From positions 39,247-103,246 of the forward strand of contig CALMYL010000015.1 of assembly GCA_937873695.1 (NCBI GenBank): 64,000 bases of DNA, in the 5' to 3' direction. The DNA is from an uncultured Ignavibacteria bacterium. Its GTDB lineage: Bacteria > Bacteroidota > Ignavibacteria > Tepidaquicellales > OLB5. This document shows positions 17,609-28,974 of the stretch, piece after piece. The number at the start of each line of letters is the position of its first letter. Position 1 is the first letter of the stretch. The notes under the pieces are model-generated. The model was given only the letters and a program-made list of their open reading frames with translations, was not told the origin of the DNA and did not search any database. The position numbers were made by a program, and so were the translations under genes.

Positions 17609-18739
17609 ATGAAAAGTCCATTCACATTCGGTAAAATTGCAAAGGGAAGTAATTTTACAAACCGCGCATTTGAAACAAAGAGGTTAAAAGCAAATTTTGA
17701 TGACAAGGTAAACACTATACTTATTTCCCCGAGAAGGTGGGGGAAATCTTCATTGGTGAACAAGTCAGCTTTCTTATTCCAAAAAGAAAAGAACAAACAT
17801 TCCGTTATGATAGATCTATTTAATATCAGGGATGAAGCTCAGTTCTATTCTTACTTCGCTAAAAAGATCATACAGGAAACATCCTCAAAGCCAAGAGAAT
17901 GGATGGATACAGCAATGTCATTCTTAAAAAGGCTTTCGCCTAAAGTATCCTTCCCTATAGATATGGTTAACGATTTTGAAATAACATTTGAGCTTAGGGA
18001 TAAAGCTGAAGATTTTGAAGATATATTGAACCTTCCGGAAAAGATAGCTCATGCAAAGAAAATTGAAATTGCCGTATGCATTGATGAATTCCAGAACATA
18101 GCGAATTTCAATCAACCCCTGTTATTTCAGAAAAGGCTCAGGGCTTCGTGGCAGAAACATCAGGATACGGTCTATTGTTTATACGGAAGTCAAACCCACA
18201 TGATGACAACTCTTTTCGAAAAAAAAAGTATGCCCTTCTATAAATTCGGTGACGTAATGTATCTCGGTAAAATTGATAGTTCTTATTTAACAGAGTATAT
18301 TATCACACAATTTAAGAATTCAGGTAAAAAAATTGATCCTGAATTCGCAAAACAGGTCACAGAAGAAGTACAGTGCCAGCCTTACTATACGCAGCAGCTT
18401 GCTCATATTATCTGGATAAATACTGAAAAGACTGTCACATCAGAAATTCTTGAGCTGTCACTTAGAGAACTGATCGAACAAAATGCGCCGTTATATATAA
18501 AGGATATAGAAACACTCAGCAACACACAGGTGAATTTTTTACATATGCTAATCAAAAGCAACAGAAAAGATATCTTTTCCAAAGAATTGATAACGCAATT
18601 TGAACTGGGTACACCGGGTAACGTTACCAAAATACGATCGGTCTTAATTAACAAAGAGATAATCCACCTTGTTGATTCAAAATATGAGCTTGTTGACCCG
18701 GTTTTCAGGCTGTGGCTTAAGAACATTTATTTCAAATAA
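17609..18739 (+). CDS. AAA+/Arch_ATPase-type ATP-binding protein (COG1672-like)
   Basis: FTNR...ISPRRWGKSSL Walker A and CIDEFQ Walker B; ATG 17609 preferred over 17582. Confidence 0.7.
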   Translation: MKSPFTFGKIAKGSNFTNRAFETKRLKANFDDKVNTILISPRRWGKSSLVNKSAFLFQKEKNKHSVMIDLFNIRDEAQFYSYFAKKIIQETSSKPREWMDTAMSFLKRLSPKVSFPIDMVNDFEITFELRDKAEDFEDILNLPEKIAHAKKIEIAVCIDEFQNIANFNQPLLFQKRLRASWQKHQDTVYCLYGSQTHMMTTLFEKKSMPFYKFGDVMYLGKIDSSYLTEYIITQFKNSGKKIDPEFAKQVTEEVQCQPYYTQQLAHIIWINTEKTVTSEILELSLRELIEQNAPLYIKDIETLSNTQVNFLHMLIKSNRKDIFSKELITQFELGTPGNVTKIRSVLINKEIIHLVDSKYELVDPVFRLWLKNIYFK

Positions 18740-18778
18740 TAGTACATATAGGTATATTTGTACATATAAAAATAACAT

Positions 18779-19642
18779 ATGAAATTCAAAGTATCGTGCG
18801 CGCAGATATCACCTGTATTGGGTGATATTGAAAAAAACATAAAGCTGCATTTAAAATATATTGATAAGGCTATCGCCAAAAAGTCTGATATGGTGGTATT
18901 TCCTGAGCTATCCCTCACGGGGTACTCGGTTAAGGACCTTAACCTGGAATTGGCGCTGAATCCGTTTACAAGCAAGCTGCTTGAGCCGCTTAAACAGAGA
19001 TCAAAGAAAATTTCAATTGTATGCGGCGGAATTGAAGAGGACGATAATTACGGTATTTTCAATTCAGCTTTTTATTTTGAAGCAGGCAGGCTGCAGTTCA
19101 CACATAAAAAAGTTTACCCGCCTGATTACGGAATGTTCGAAGAGATACGATACTTTTCGCGGGGCAGACAGGCTGATGTGCATGATACGAAATTCGGCAA
19201 GCTTGGAGTATTGGTATGTGAGGACTTGTGGCACATGTCATTGCCATTGCTGCAGGCGTTGAAAGGCGCTAAAGTGATTATCGGTATTGCAGTTTCTCCC
19301 ACAAGACTTGCGCTGAACTCAAAAAGCAAGATACTCAAGAATTATGAGATAAATTCCGAGCAGCATAAAGCTTATGCAAGGCTGCTTTCATTATACCTTG
19401 TATTCTGTAATCGTGTTGGATATGAGGACGGTGTGAATTTCTGGGGCGGCAGTGAAATAGTTGATCCGTTCGGCACGGTTGATAAAGTAGCTAAATTTTT
19501 TGATGAGGATCTAATCACATCGGAGATAAATATGAATTCCGTTAAGCGCGCAAGACAGCTGGCCCGCCACTTCCTTGATGAAGATGTGAATTTTCTGAGG
19601 AATGAAGTGCAGTTACTGCATGAGGGATTGAGAAAGATATAA
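18779..19642 (+). CDS. Carbon-nitrogen hydrolase (nitrilase superfamily)
   Basis: VVFPELSLTGY (catalytic Glu) and VLVCEDLWH (catalytic Cys) blocks. Confidence 0.85.
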   Translation: MKFKVSCAQISPVLGDIEKNIKLHLKYIDKAIAKKSDMVVFPELSLTGYSVKDLNLELALNPFTSKLLEPLKQRSKKISIVCGGIEEDDNYGIFNSAFYFEAGRLQFTHKKVYPPDYGMFEEIRYFSRGRQADVHDTKFGKLGVLVCEDLWHMSLPLLQALKGAKVIIGIAVSPTRLALNSKSKILKNYEINSEQHKAYARLLSLYLVFCNRVGYEDGVNFWGGSEIVDPFGTVDKVAKFFDEDLITSEINMNSVKRARQLARHFLDEDVNFLRNEVQLLHEGLRKI

Positions 19643-19722
19643 AACAATATTATATCCTCCGTTATTTCTTAGCTAAAATACGAAATTTCTCTTATTATTG
19701 TAATATCAATAATTTATAAATT

Positions 19723-19770
19723 AACTTACCGTGAAAAAAGTGATAAATATATGACTATTCACGGTAAGTT
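19723..19770 (+). promoter_or_regulatory. 12-bp perfect inverted repeat just upstream of the fic gene (candidate operator, or a weak terminator for the upstream gene)
   Basis: aacttaccgtga (19723..19734) and tcacggtaagtt (19759..19770), spacer 24 nt, ending 13 nt before the ATG. Confidence 0.4.
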
Positions 19771-19783
19771 GTTATATTTGTAA

Positions 19784-20674
19784 ATGATCAATCAAACAAC
19801 CAGGGATAAACTTAAGGAACTACAAGTCCAATTTAAAAAACTCGCAAAAGGCAATGAAGACTTACTGAAAGAAATTGCAATCGCTGAAATCCCGGAAATG
19901 GTTTACAATTCAAACGCGATAGAAAATTCGACTCTTACGCTTGAAGATACTGAAAACATACTTTCCGGCGGCACTATAACAAGAGCTGTAAGCATTCGGG
20001 AATTGTTTGAAGCAAAAAATTTAGCAAAAATTACTGAAAGCCTTTTAATTCAGCCCAAACAAAAATTGACGGTAAAGATGATATTAAGGCTGCACAAAAT
20101 GCTGCTCACAAATATCGATGATAAAATAGCAGGACGTTTCAGAAGCGGTAAAGAATGGGTGCGTGTAGGAAATCATCTGGGAGCAAATCCGCTGTATACA
20201 GAAGGTTTAATAAAAGAGCTTGTTTATGATTACAACAATAATCAGACAAGGTTTTACCTGGATTCAATAGCAAGGTTTCATGCTGAATTTGAAACGATAC
20301 ATCCGTTTACAGACGGAAACGGCAGAATTGGCAGAGTATTGATAAATTTACAATTAATGAATGAAGGTTTGCCACCAATTATAATCCAAAACAAGAGCAA
20401 ACACAAAGAATATTATCCTTTATTCACAAACTATCCAGTAACCCTAAAGATTGGCGGTTTCACAAGGTTATTCGCTCTGCTTCTGCAGGAATCTTTGCAT
20501 AAAAGAATAGCAATGCTAAGCGATAGAAAGATCATACCCCTTTCGTTGTGGGCTTCGCAAAATAGAATTATGCCAAATACTGCAGCCAATAAGGCTAAAC
20601 GCCAAACCATCCCGGCTTTTCGCCTGCGAGAAAAATGGATGATATCAGCTAATTTTAAGCTAACAAAAAAATAG
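19784..20674 (+). CDS. Fic/Fido-domain protein with an N-terminal inhibitory-helix motif (class II-like)
   Basis: Active-site HPFTDGNGRIGR (HxFx[D/E]GNGRxxR); upstream SNAIEN matches [S/T]xxxE[G/N]. Confidence 0.9.
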   Translation: MINQTTRDKLKELQVQFKKLAKGNEDLLKEIAIAEIPEMVYNSNAIENSTLTLEDTENILSGGTITRAVSIRELFEAKNLAKITESLLIQPKQKLTVKMILRLHKMLLTNIDDKIAGRFRSGKEWVRVGNHLGANPLYTEGLIKELVYDYNNNQTRFYLDSIARFHAEFETIHPFTDGNGRIGRVLINLQLMNEGLPPIIIQNKSKHKEYYPLFTNYPVTLKIGGFTRLFALLLQESLHKRIAMLSDRKIIPLSLWASQNRIMPNTAANKAKRQTIPAFRLREKWMISANFKLTKK

Positions 20675-20707
20675 AACCTGCAGCATATGTATTTTTATAA
20701 ATGAACT

Positions 20708-23623
20708 CTATTTCAGCATCTTCTTCAAAAATCCCGCAGTAAATGAATTTTTACTCTTCGCTACTTCTTCGGGGGTTCCTTTTGCAACAACCTCTCCGCC
20801 CTTGTTGCCGCTATCGGGTCCGATATCAATAACGTAATCAGCGCACTTTATTACCTCCAGGTTATGCTCAACAACTACAACGGAATTCCCTTTGGCGATA
20901 AGTTCATTAAAACACTTCAGCAGTTTTGATATATCATACAAATGCAGACCCGTTGTAGGTTCATCAAAAATGAACAGCGTCTTCTCCCCTGCGGTTTGGA
21001 ATGAAAGATGGAATGCAAGTTTGATTCTCTGGGCCTCGCCGCCGGAAAGCGTTGTTGCTGATTGTCCAAGCCTTAAGTAGCCAAGACCTACTTCATCAAG
21101 TATCTTTAACTTTGCTGTAATTCGGGGATAATCCTTAAAGAAAGCAATTGCTTCGGTTATACTTAGCTGCAAAACATCACTAATGCTTTTTCCTTTATAT
21201 TCAGCTTCAAGTATTTCGCTCTTATAACGCTTACCTTTGCATACATCACACTCAAGATAAATATCAGCCATGAATTGCATCGCAATTTTTATTACCCCTG
21301 AGCCCTCGCAGGTTTCACACCTGCCGCCCGGCACATTGAAGGAAAAATTGCCCGCTGAAAATCCGCGCAGCTTGCTTGCAGGCAGGCTGCCGTATACATC
21401 ACGGATAAGATCGAATATCTTCATATAGGTAACCGGATTTGAGCGCGGCGACCTGCCAATGGGCGTCTGGTCAACAAGCTCAATAGCGTTAATGTGCTGG
21501 TGACCCGTGATTTCACGGTACTGTCCAATTTTTTCGTTGTATATTCCTTCAAGGCGTTTTTTGATAGCGCCGTAGAGTATATCGCTTATTAAAGTTGATT
21601 TTCCGGAACCGCTGACGCCTGTAATACAAACAAAAATTCCCAGCGGAATATCAACATTCAGGTCTTTCAGATTATTTTCCGATGCGCCGCGGATAGATAT
21701 TACGTGGCCGTTCACTGCCCGTCTTCTTGCGGGCAGATCAATTTTCATTTTGCCGGTAAGATATTTTGCGGTTAGAGAATCTTTTGATTTGGTAATATCT
21801 TTGATATCACCTGCAAAAACTACTTCACCACCAAACTCACCTGCCTTTGGACCGATATCTATCATGTAATCGCTGGCGTTTATCATATCAGGGTCATGCT
21901 CAACTACAATAACTGAATTACCTATATCACGAAGTGATTTTAGTATTTTTATAAGCCTGTCATTATCGCGCGGATGCAAGCCCACACTTGGCTCATCAAG
22001 CACATAAATTGAGCCTACCAGCGATGACCCAAGCGATGTTGCAAGATTTATCCTCTGGCTTTCGCCTCCGGAAAGAGTGCTTGTGAGCCTGTCAATTGTT
22101 AAGTAACCAAGCCCGACTTCAAAAAGATATTTTAAACGGTTCTTTATTTCTTCAAGTATTCTTCCTGCAATTTCCTGCTGCATTTTATCAAGCTTCACTT
22201 CATTGAAGAAAAAGTACAGTTCTTCAATGCTGCTTTGTACAAGGTCTTTGATAGTCTTGCCGGCTACTTTAACATACAGTGCTTCTTTACGCAGCCTGGA
22301 GCCTTCACACTCTGTACACTTTGTGTACGCGCGGTAACGGCTCAGCAGCACACGGTAGTGTATCTTATACGCGGCTTCACGCTCAACCATCCTGAAGAAT
22401 TTATTCACACCAAGATACTCGCCCATTCCTTTATAGACCTTTTCAACTTCTTCTTTGGTAAGATCTTTAAATGGAACGTGAACTCTAACATTATTTTTTT
22501 TACCTTCAAAGATAAGATCGCTTAAATGTTTGCTGTGTTTTGGAGTTGAAAAAGGATGAATAGCATTCTGGAAAATTGATTTATTCCTATCGGGTACAAT
22601 TAAATTCTCGTCGATATCAATAGTTTCACCAAAACCCTGGCATTTGGGACATGCTCCAATCGGATTATTGAAAGAAAACATCAGCGGTTCCGGTTCTTCA
22701 AACCTAATGCCATCAGCTTCAAGGTGCAGATTAAATGGAGTTAAAGTAAAACCATCTGCCTCAGTCATCACATACAAATAGCCATCACCTTCAACATAAG
22801 CCTGCTCAAGTGAGCCTGCGATTCGCTGCAGCTGTTCTTCATCTGTTTTATTTAAAGCAAGTCTATCTACAACAACTTTAATATCGGCAAGTTTAATTTT
22901 CTTTTCATCATATCCCTGGTTCAGTTCAATAATTTTTTTACCGTCAAAAATTCTTATAAACCCTTTTTGAATCAGGTTTTCAATTTCCTGTTTAACTGAT
23001 TTTTTTTCGTGCGTATGCACAGGAAAGAGGATGTAGAGTCTTGTCTTATTTTCCAGGGTGTTTATGAACTTGAGTATACCTTCAATTGTATCGCGCTGCA
23101 CTTCTTTACCGCTTACGGGACTATATGTTTTTCCTGCCCGTGCATAAAGCAGCCTTAAATAATCATAAATTTCAGTGGAAGTCCCTACTGTACTTCTCGG
23201 ATTGCGTGTAGTGGTTTTAACTTCAATTGCCATTGATGGAGCTAAGCCGGTAATGGAATCAACGTCAGGTTTATTTATCCTTTCAAGGAACTGCCTTGCG
23301 TAGGATGACATGCTTTCAATATAGCGGCGCTGCCCTTCGGCGTAAATAGTATCGAAAACAAGGGACGTTTTGCCGGAACCGCTCAGGCCGGTTACAACCA
23401 CAAACTTGTTGTGGGGAATATCAACGCTTATGTTTTTGAGATTGTTTACGCGTGCACCTTTGACTTCTATCATGTTCCCGCGGATGCGGGAATCTCTATT
23501 TTCTAAATCTGTTGAATTTGGGGTTTTACTAACTTTTCGGTTGGATTTATTACTTAATGAGAGTTTCTTTGCAGAACCCTTTGATGCATCTTTGCTGACT
23601 TTTATTACGGCTTTTCTTGGCAT
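20708..23623 (-). CDS. uvrA: Excinuclease ABC subunit A; carries a possible 50-aa Lys/Ser-rich N-terminal extension (alternative start at about 23473)
   Basis: Two ABC modules ([20 protein letters not shown]; [16 protein letters not shown]) and zinc-finger CxxC pairs. Confidence 0.95.
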   Translation of the reverse strand: MPRKAVIKVSKDASKGSAKKLSLSNKSNRKVSKTPNSTDLENRDSRIRGNMIEVKGARVNNLKNISVDIPHNKFVVVTGLSGSGKTSLVFDTIYAEGQRRYIESMSSYARQFLERINKPDVDSITGLAPSMAIEVKTTTRNPRSTVGTSTEIYDYLRLLYARAGKTYSPVSGKEVQRDTIEGILKFINTLENKTRLYILFPVHTHEKKSVKQEIENLIQKGFIRIFDGKKIIELNQGYDEKKIKLADIKVVVDRLALNKTDEEQLQRIAGSLEQAYVEGDGYLYVMTEADGFTLTPFNLHLEADGIRFEEPEPLMFSFNNPIGACPKCQGFGETIDIDENLIVPDRNKSIFQNAIHPFSTPKHSKHLSDLIFEGKKNNVRVHVPFKDLTKEEVEKVYKGMGEYLGVNKFFRMVEREAAYKIHYRVLLSRYRAYTKCTECEGSRLRKEALYVKVAGKTIKDLVQSSIEELYFFFNEVKLDKMQQEIAGRILEEIKNRLKYLFEVGLGYLTIDRLTSTLSGGESQRINLATSLGSSLVGSIYVLDEPSVGLHPRDNDRLIKILKSLRDIGNSVIVVEHDPDMINASDYMIDIGPKAGEFGGEVVFAGDIKDITKSKDSLTAKYLTGKMKIDLPARRRAVNGHVISIRGASENNLKDLNVDIPLGIFVCITGVSGSGKSTLISDILYGAIKKRLEGIYNEKIGQYREITGHQHINAIELVDQTPIGRSPRSNPVTYMKIFDLIRDVYGSLPASKLRGFSAGNFSFNVPGGRCETCEGSGVIKIAMQFMADIYLECDVCKGKRYKSEILEAEYKGKSISDVLQLSITEAIAFFKDYPRITAKLKILDEVGLGYLRLGQSATTLSGGEAQRIKLAFHLSFQTAGEKTLFIFDEPTTGLHLYDISKLLKCFNELIAKGNSVVVVEHNLEVIKCADYVIDIGPDSGNKGGEVVAKGTPEEVAKSKNSFTAGFLKKMLK

Positions 23624-23866
23624 TCAGAAATGATTTAACTACAAAAATCGGTATAATATTGGATATATAAAATGAAGAAAATGAGTGCAAATGGTGAATA
23701 ATTGAATAAATCATCTCATGGAAGAATCAAGCGCTTATCATTGAGAGTCAAAACTTGATCAAAAAATCTCATAAATGAGAAAAATTCTGCATAAACCCCG
23801 CATTTTCCTGCCTTGAAAATTAATTCCCAAAAACCTATATTAGTAGCTAAAATTTAACATAATTTA

Positions 23867-24304
23867 ATGAGCACAAAAGCACACAAGTATTACGAAACGA
23901 CTTTTATAGTTGACTCGATATTCGAAGACGAAAGAGTTGATTCAATAGTCAACAAATATGCAAACTTCTTCAAGAAAAACGAAGGCGAAGTAATAAAAAC
24001 AGAAAAATGGGGCAGAAGAAAGCTGGCTTATCCTATAAAGAACAAGCCGACAGGTTCCTATGTTTCTATAGAATTTACTGCTGATCCATCCGTTATTGCA
24101 AAGCTTGAAAGAGCATACCACCTGGATGATGATATACTCAGATTTCTGACAGTATCTTTTGACAAGAAGACTCTTGACGAGCGTAATGCTTACCTCGTTA
24201 AAAAAGAGCAGATAATGAAAGAAAGAGAAGCTGCAGCTCAGCAATTACAGCAGCAGCAGTCAGCCGAAGCAGACACGGTTGCAGAAGCGAAGACCACTGA
24301 ATAA
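23867..24304 (+). CDS. rpsF: 30S ribosomal protein S6
   Basis: YETTFIV start, WGRRKLAYPI block, Q/E-rich tail. Confidence 0.9.
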   Translation: MSTKAHKYYETTFIVDSIFEDERVDSIVNKYANFFKKNEGEVIKTEKWGRRKLAYPIKNKPTGSYVSIEFTADPSVIAKLERAYHLDDDILRFLTVSFDKKTLDERNAYLVKKEQIMKEREAAAQQLQQQQSAEADTVAEAKTTE

Positions 24305-24352
24305 ACAAGTTTAGTCAACAATTAACATTTAACCGAAACCATCGGAGGAACA

Positions 24353-24817
24353 ATGGCTGATTTAAAGATGCCCGAACTAAATTCGGTAATTATTGCAGGT
24401 AATCTTACAAAGGACCCAATATACAGACAGACTACAAACGGAACACCCGTAGTAAACTTTTCAGTTGCTTCCAACAGAAGGTACCGTGACAGCAAAGACG
24501 AATGGCAGGAAGATGTATGCTACGTTGGGATTGTTGCATGGAATAAACTTGCAGAAAGCTGCAGAGATAAACTTAAAAAAGGCAACGCCTGTCTTGTAGA
24601 AGGCGAACTTCAGTCAAGAACATTTAAGACTGAAAGGGGCGACAGCAAAACTATTGTGGAGATCAAAGCCAGGCGGATCCAGTTCCTGAATAAAAAGGGT
24701 TCAGGTCCGGGTGAGCATCATGATGAGCCGTCCTCTTTTGAAGATGATTCATTTGAGAAGCATTTATCTCCTGAAGATACGGCATTACTCGGCGAGTCAA
24801 CTCCGCCGGTTGTATAA
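24353..24817 (+). CDS. ssb: Single-stranded DNA-binding protein (OB fold), without the usual acidic D-D-D-[IL]-P-F tip
   Basis: NSVIIAGNLTKDP...VVNFSVA...RIQFL OB-fold blocks; C-terminus ends STPPVV. Confidence 0.8.
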   Translation: MADLKMPELNSVIIAGNLTKDPIYRQTTNGTPVVNFSVASNRRYRDSKDEWQEDVCYVGIVAWNKLAESCRDKLKKGNACLVEGELQSRTFKTERGDSKTIVEIKARRIQFLNKKGSGPGEHHDEPSSFEDDSFEKHLSPEDTALLGESTPPVV

Positions 24818-24834
24818 AGAATTTATAAACATAC

Positions 24835-24864
24835 GCAGGCTGGCTTTTGCAGCCTGCATTTTTT
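24835..24864 (+). terminator. Hairpin plus T-run between ssb and rplI (attenuator or terminator)
   Basis: gcaggct-ggcttttgc-agcctgc followed by atttttt. Confidence 0.5.
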
Positions 24865-24879
24865 CCTGATATATACCAA

Positions 24880-25329
24880 ATGAAAATAATACTAAAACAA
24901 GATCACGACAATTTAGGTAAAACCGGTGAAGTAGTTAATGTAAAAGACGGCTTTGCAATGAATTACCTTATCCCGAACGGTGTTGCGATGAAAGCAAATA
25001 CCAGCAACATGAAAGTCCTGGACGAGATAAAAAAACAGCAGGCAAAGAAGCTTGAAAAGGTTATCGCCGAGTCACAGAAACTCGCAGGCGAACTCTCAGG
25101 CGTTCAGCTTGAAATAAAGGCAAAAGCAGCCGATGATATTAAGCTTTTCGGTTCTGTAACCAATGGCACCATCGCTGAAGCACTTATTCATAAAGGATAC
25201 ACTATAGATAAAAGAAACATATTGCTGGAGGAGCCTATTAAAGAGATAGGTTCAAGAACCGTTGATATAAAGCTTGCAGGAAACGTTATGGCACAAATTA
25301 GCGTTTCAGTTGTAAAAGACGAAGCATAA
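24880..25329 (+). CDS. rplI: 50S ribosomal protein L9
   Basis: MKIILKQD...[22 protein letters not shown]-terminus; ATG 24880 preferred over the track start 24847. Confidence 0.9.
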   Translation: MKIILKQDHDNLGKTGEVVNVKDGFAMNYLIPNGVAMKANTSNMKVLDEIKKQQAKKLEKVIAESQKLAGELSGVQLEIKAKAADDIKLFGSVTNGTIAEALIHKGYTIDKRNILLEEPIKEIGSRTVDIKLAGNVMAQISVSVVKDEA

Positions 25330-25429
25330 TGCTTCGGGAAGCTTAAACTGTATTACAAGCCCGGCTTTTTTTGCAAATCCGGGCTGCGATTCACAGCTCA
25401 ATCGTTTCTTTAGGAGCAAAAAACAAATA

Positions 25430-27262
25430 ATGGAAAAAACCGTTGAGGTTTTAAAAAGCGCGACCGTAAGGTTCGCGGGAGATTCCGGCGACGGAATGCA
25501 GATCGTCGGATCAAGATTCACAGAAACATCAGCTTTTTTTGGCAACGACCTAAGCACTTTCCCTGACTATCCTGCGGAAATAAGAGCACCTGCAGGTACT
25601 TTATTTGGTGTTAGCGGATTCCAGATTCAATTCTCAAGCCAGGATGTTTATTCACCCGGCGATGAACCGGACGTACTTGTTGCAATGAACCCGGCAGCTC
25701 TTAAGGTTAACTTAAAAGACCTTAAGAAAAACGGAACCATTATTGCCAATGAAGACGCATTCATAGAAAAAAATCTGAATCTTGCCGGTTACAAAACAAA
25801 CCCTCTTGAAGACGGATCACTTGCCGGATACAAATTGATCAAAGTTCCCGTAACAAGAGCCACCAACAATGCCGTGAAGGATTTGGGCTTAACCGCAAAA
25901 GATGCCAACCGCTGCAAAAATTTCTACGCACTTGGTATCACATACTGGTTATATGACAGACCGCTGGATATAACCATGCACTGGCTTGAAAGCAAGTTCA
26001 GTAAAAACCCCGTAATTGCCGAAGCGAACATAAAGGCACTGAAAGCCGGATATTATTTTGGTGAAACTGCCGAAATATTCACCACAAGATATAAAGTTGC
26101 CCCTGCAAAACTTCCAAAAGGAATTTACAGAAACATCACAGGAAATCATGCCGCAGCCTTGGGTATACTTGCAGCATCGCTCAAGAGCGGTTTGCCGCTA
26201 TTCCTGGGCTCATACCCTATTACTCCGGCCAGTGATATTCTGCATGATCTTTCCAGCTTTAAGAATTTTGGTGTAAAAACTTTCCAGGCAGAAGATGAGA
26301 TCGCCGCAATCTGCGCTTCAATTGGCGCAGCTTTCGGAGGGTCACTCGCCTTCACCAGCACAAGCGGACCCGGAATGGCATTAAAGCAAGAGGCAATCGG
26401 TCTAGCAGTAATGGTAGAACTTCCTTTGGTTATCGCAAATATTCAAAGAGGCGGCCCTTCAACAGGTTTGCCCACAAAAACGGAACAAGCTGATCTTTTC
26501 CAGGCAATATTGGGCAGGAACGGCGAGTGTCCGCTGCCGGTAGTTGCCGCATCATCGCCGGCTGATTGCTTTATGATGATGTTTGAAGCTGCGCGTATTG
26601 CCTGCAAATTCATGACGCCTGTAATATTCCTTTCTGACGGATACCTTGCAAACGGCGCTGAGCCGTGGAGGATTCCCCATGAAAGCGAATTGCCGGTTAT
26701 TGAAGGTGAATTCAGAACCGAGAAGGAAGGTTACTTCCCGTATATGAGAGATGAATTCCTTGCCCGTCCCTGGGTAAAACCCGGCACCCCCGGAATGGAG
26801 CACCGCATTGGCGGCCTTGAAAAACAGCACATCACCGGCAATGTAAGCTACGATACAGCTAACCATGAATTTATGGTGAATTTGAGGGCTGAAAAAGTGA
26901 AGAACATTGAAAATTATATTCCGCCCGCAGAAGTTGAAGGCGACCCCGAAGGTGAGCTGCTTATTATCGGATGGGGAAGCACTTACGGCTCTATCACATC
27001 GGCCCGTGAAAGACTTCTGGCTAAGGGATATAACGTTTCGAGGGTACACTTAAAGTATCTTAACCCAATGCCGAAAAATTTAGGAGAAATTCTGAATAGA
27101 TTTAAGAAAGTACTTGTTCCTGAATTGAATCTCGGGCAGCTAAGCATGCTTCTCAGGGCAAATTATCTGAAAGATGTTATTGGGTTCAACAAAGTTCAGG
27201 GCCTGCCTTTTAAAGCCAGTGAACTTGAGAAAAAAGTCATAGAATTGTTAACAGAAAAATAA
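25430..27262 (+). CDS. korA: 2-oxoacid:ferredoxin oxidoreductase alpha subunit (two-subunit KorAB type); substrate cannot be fixed from sequence
   Basis: 610-aa fused gamma/alpha-type subunit; [11 protein letters not shown]-terminus; 1-nt gap to the beta subunit gene. Confidence 0.8.
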   Translation: MEKTVEVLKSATVRFAGDSGDGMQIVGSRFTETSAFFGNDLSTFPDYPAEIRAPAGTLFGVSGFQIQFSSQDVYSPGDEPDVLVAMNPAALKVNLKDLKKNGTIIANEDAFIEKNLNLAGYKTNPLEDGSLAGYKLIKVPVTRATNNAVKDLGLTAKDANRCKNFYALGITYWLYDRPLDITMHWLESKFSKNPVIAEANIKALKAGYYFGETAEIFTTRYKVAPAKLPKGIYRNITGNHAAALGILAASLKSGLPLFLGSYPITPASDILHDLSSFKNFGVKTFQAEDEIAAICASIGAAFGGSLAFTSTSGPGMALKQEAIGLAVMVELPLVIANIQRGGPSTGLPTKTEQADLFQAILGRNGECPLPVVAASSPADCFMMMFEAARIACKFMTPVIFLSDGYLANGAEPWRIPHESELPVIEGEFRTEKEGYFPYMRDEFLARPWVKPGTPGMEHRIGGLEKQHITGNVSYDTANHEFMVNLRAEKVKNIENYIPPAEVEGDPEGELLIIGWGSTYGSITSARERLLAKGYNVSRVHLKYLNPMPKNLGEILNRFKKVLVPELNLGQLSMLLRANYLKDVIGFNKVQGLPFKASELEKKVIELLTEK

Positions 27263-27263
27263 A

Positions 27264-28313
27264 ATGGAAACAGAAACAACTACAAACGGAACATCTGAAG
27301 CGGCGGCGCAGGTTAAGTTAACAGCAAAGGATTACGCATCAGATCAGGATGTAAGATGGTGCCCCGGCTGCGGAGATTATTCTATCCTCGCACAGGTGCA
27401 GCGCGTTATGCCATCGTTCAATTTACCTAAAGAAAAGACCGTGTTTGTCGCAGGTATCGGCTGCTCAAGCCGCTTTCCGTACTACATGGATACATACGGT
27501 TTCCACGGAATACATGGAAGAGCTTCCTCTATTGCTTCAGGGTTAAAAATGGCAAGACCCGATCTTGATGTATGGGTTACTTCAGGCGATGGCGACTTAT
27601 TGAGTATTGGAGGTAATCACTTTATTCATACCTTAAGAAGGAACCTTGACATTGTTATTCTGATGTTTAATAACAAAATATATGGGTTAACCAAGGGGCA
27701 GTACTCCCCTACTTCTGAGCATGGCAAGATAACAAAATCTTCGCCGTTCGGAACACTGGAAGAACCATTCAATCCTTTAACGCTTGCATTGGGTTCAGGC
27801 GGATCATTTGTCGCAAGATCAATGGACCGTGACCCTAAACACATGCAGGATACTATTTCAAAAGGTAAAGGACATAAAGGAACAGCATTTATTGAGATCT
27901 TCCAGAATTGTAATATTTATAATGACGGTGCTCATGAATTATATACCGAAAAGGATACCAAGCCTGATCATACTATTTATGTAGAAAACGGCAAACCTTT
28001 GCTTTTTGGAGCAAAAAAAGATAAAGGTATAAAACTTAATGGATTCAGACCTGAAATTATTAATATTAATGAAGGCAATAATTCTGTAAACGACGTGATA
28101 GTATATGATGAGACTTCAAAAGAACTTGCAATGATTGTTGCGCAATTATCTGATTTTGAAGATTATCCTGTGCCTTTCGGTGTGTTGTATAAGGTTACCA
28201 AACCGGTATATGAAGCACAGATGGAAGAACAGATAACAGACTCGATAGAGAAGCTTGGCAAAGGCAGCCTCGAAAAACTACTTTTTACAGGCAATACATG
28301 GGAAATTAAGTAA
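27264..28313 (+). CDS. korB: 2-oxoacid:ferredoxin oxidoreductase beta (TPP-binding) subunit
   Basis: WCPGCGDYSIL, GIGCSSRFPYY and SGDGD TPP/Fe-S motifs. Confidence 0.85.
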   Translation: METETTTNGTSEAAAQVKLTAKDYASDQDVRWCPGCGDYSILAQVQRVMPSFNLPKEKTVFVAGIGCSSRFPYYMDTYGFHGIHGRASSIASGLKMARPDLDVWVTSGDGDLLSIGGNHFIHTLRRNLDIVILMFNNKIYGLTKGQYSPTSEHGKITKSSPFGTLEEPFNPLTLALGSGGSFVARSMDRDPKHMQDTISKGKGHKGTAFIEIFQNCNIYNDGAHELYTEKDTKPDHTIYVENGKPLLFGAKKDKGIKLNGFRPEIININEGNNSVNDVIVYDETSKELAMIVAQLSDFEDYPVPFGVLYKVTKPVYEAQMEEQITDSIEKLGKGSLEKLLFTGNTWEIK

Positions 28314-28338
28314 ATTTAAAGTCACATGTTACAAGTTA

Positions 28339-28369
28339 AAAGGCATTCAATTACTTGAATGCCTTTTTT
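28339..28369 (+). terminator. Rho-independent terminator
   Basis: aaggcattcaa-ttac-ttgaatgcctt followed by tttt. Confidence 0.8.
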
Positions 28370-28471
28370 CATTACCACTTTACTTAAATTTCTTTTAAGA
28401 GACTTGACGTGACATTTAAACAAAAAGCCATTCAGATAACTGAACGTCTTTTGAAGTTAGTTTTATTTAAT

Positions 28472-28951
28472 TTATTTCACCTGCATGCTCTGCTTCATCT
28501 TTCCTCTTAAGAAGAGACGCTCCCCAACAAGGTAGATTACCGCAACCAGTATCACAACAAGTATGATGTTAATTGAGCTTGAACTCAGGGATAGACCAAA
28601 GAATGAGAGTACATTGGTAAAGAATCCCTGTATGTAATATACCATTGATTCAAGCCATGAACTTGAGCGCTGCATTGTATCAAAGGCTACGCCGGTAGTT
28701 TCATCAGTGTTAACAGCGGCAGATTTTGATATCAGTCCTATGGCAAAAGTAAAAGCGAGCATCATAAAGCTGAAAGAACCGATGATGTACTTCACAACAC
28801 GGTCGCTTTTCTTTTCTTCCATTAACGCCTTATTTTCGGCGGTGATGCGCTTCATCAGGTGCGATGTAAAATCACCCGATGCAGTGCTGAGCCTGCTCTT
28901 GCGCAGCTTCGCATCAATTATTTCATCTATGTATTTATTTTTTTCTCTCAT
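28472..28951 (-). CDS. Membrane protein downstream of the ECF sigma gene (candidate anti-sigma factor)
   Basis: 159 aa; cytoplasmic N-terminal segment then TM helices; 23 nt downstream of the sigma gene. Confidence 0.4.
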   Translation of the reverse strand: MREKNKYIDEIIDAKLRKSRLSTASGDFTSHLMKRITAENKALMEEKKSDRVVKYIIGSFSFMMLAFTFAIGLISKSAAVNTDETTGVAFDTMQRSSSWLESMVYYIQGFFTNVLSFFGLSLSSSSINIILVVILVAVIYLVGERLFLRGKMKQSMQVK

Positions 28952-28974
28952 TATAAATCTTTTTTAAACTTCTT

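Noticed and set aside
23473-23623. The Lys/Ser-rich 50-aa N-terminal extension of UvrA as a novel domain.
   Set aside because: It may simply reflect an upstream in-frame ATG. The canonical UvrA N-terminus ([13 protein letters not shown]) begins at the internal Met near 23473. The start cannot be resolved without expression or comparative data.
24818-24879. A hidden rpsR (S18) gene between ssb and rplI.
   Set aside because: The gap is 62 nt, and no alternative-frame ORF of S18 size overlaps ssb or rplI. The absence is reported as an observation instead.
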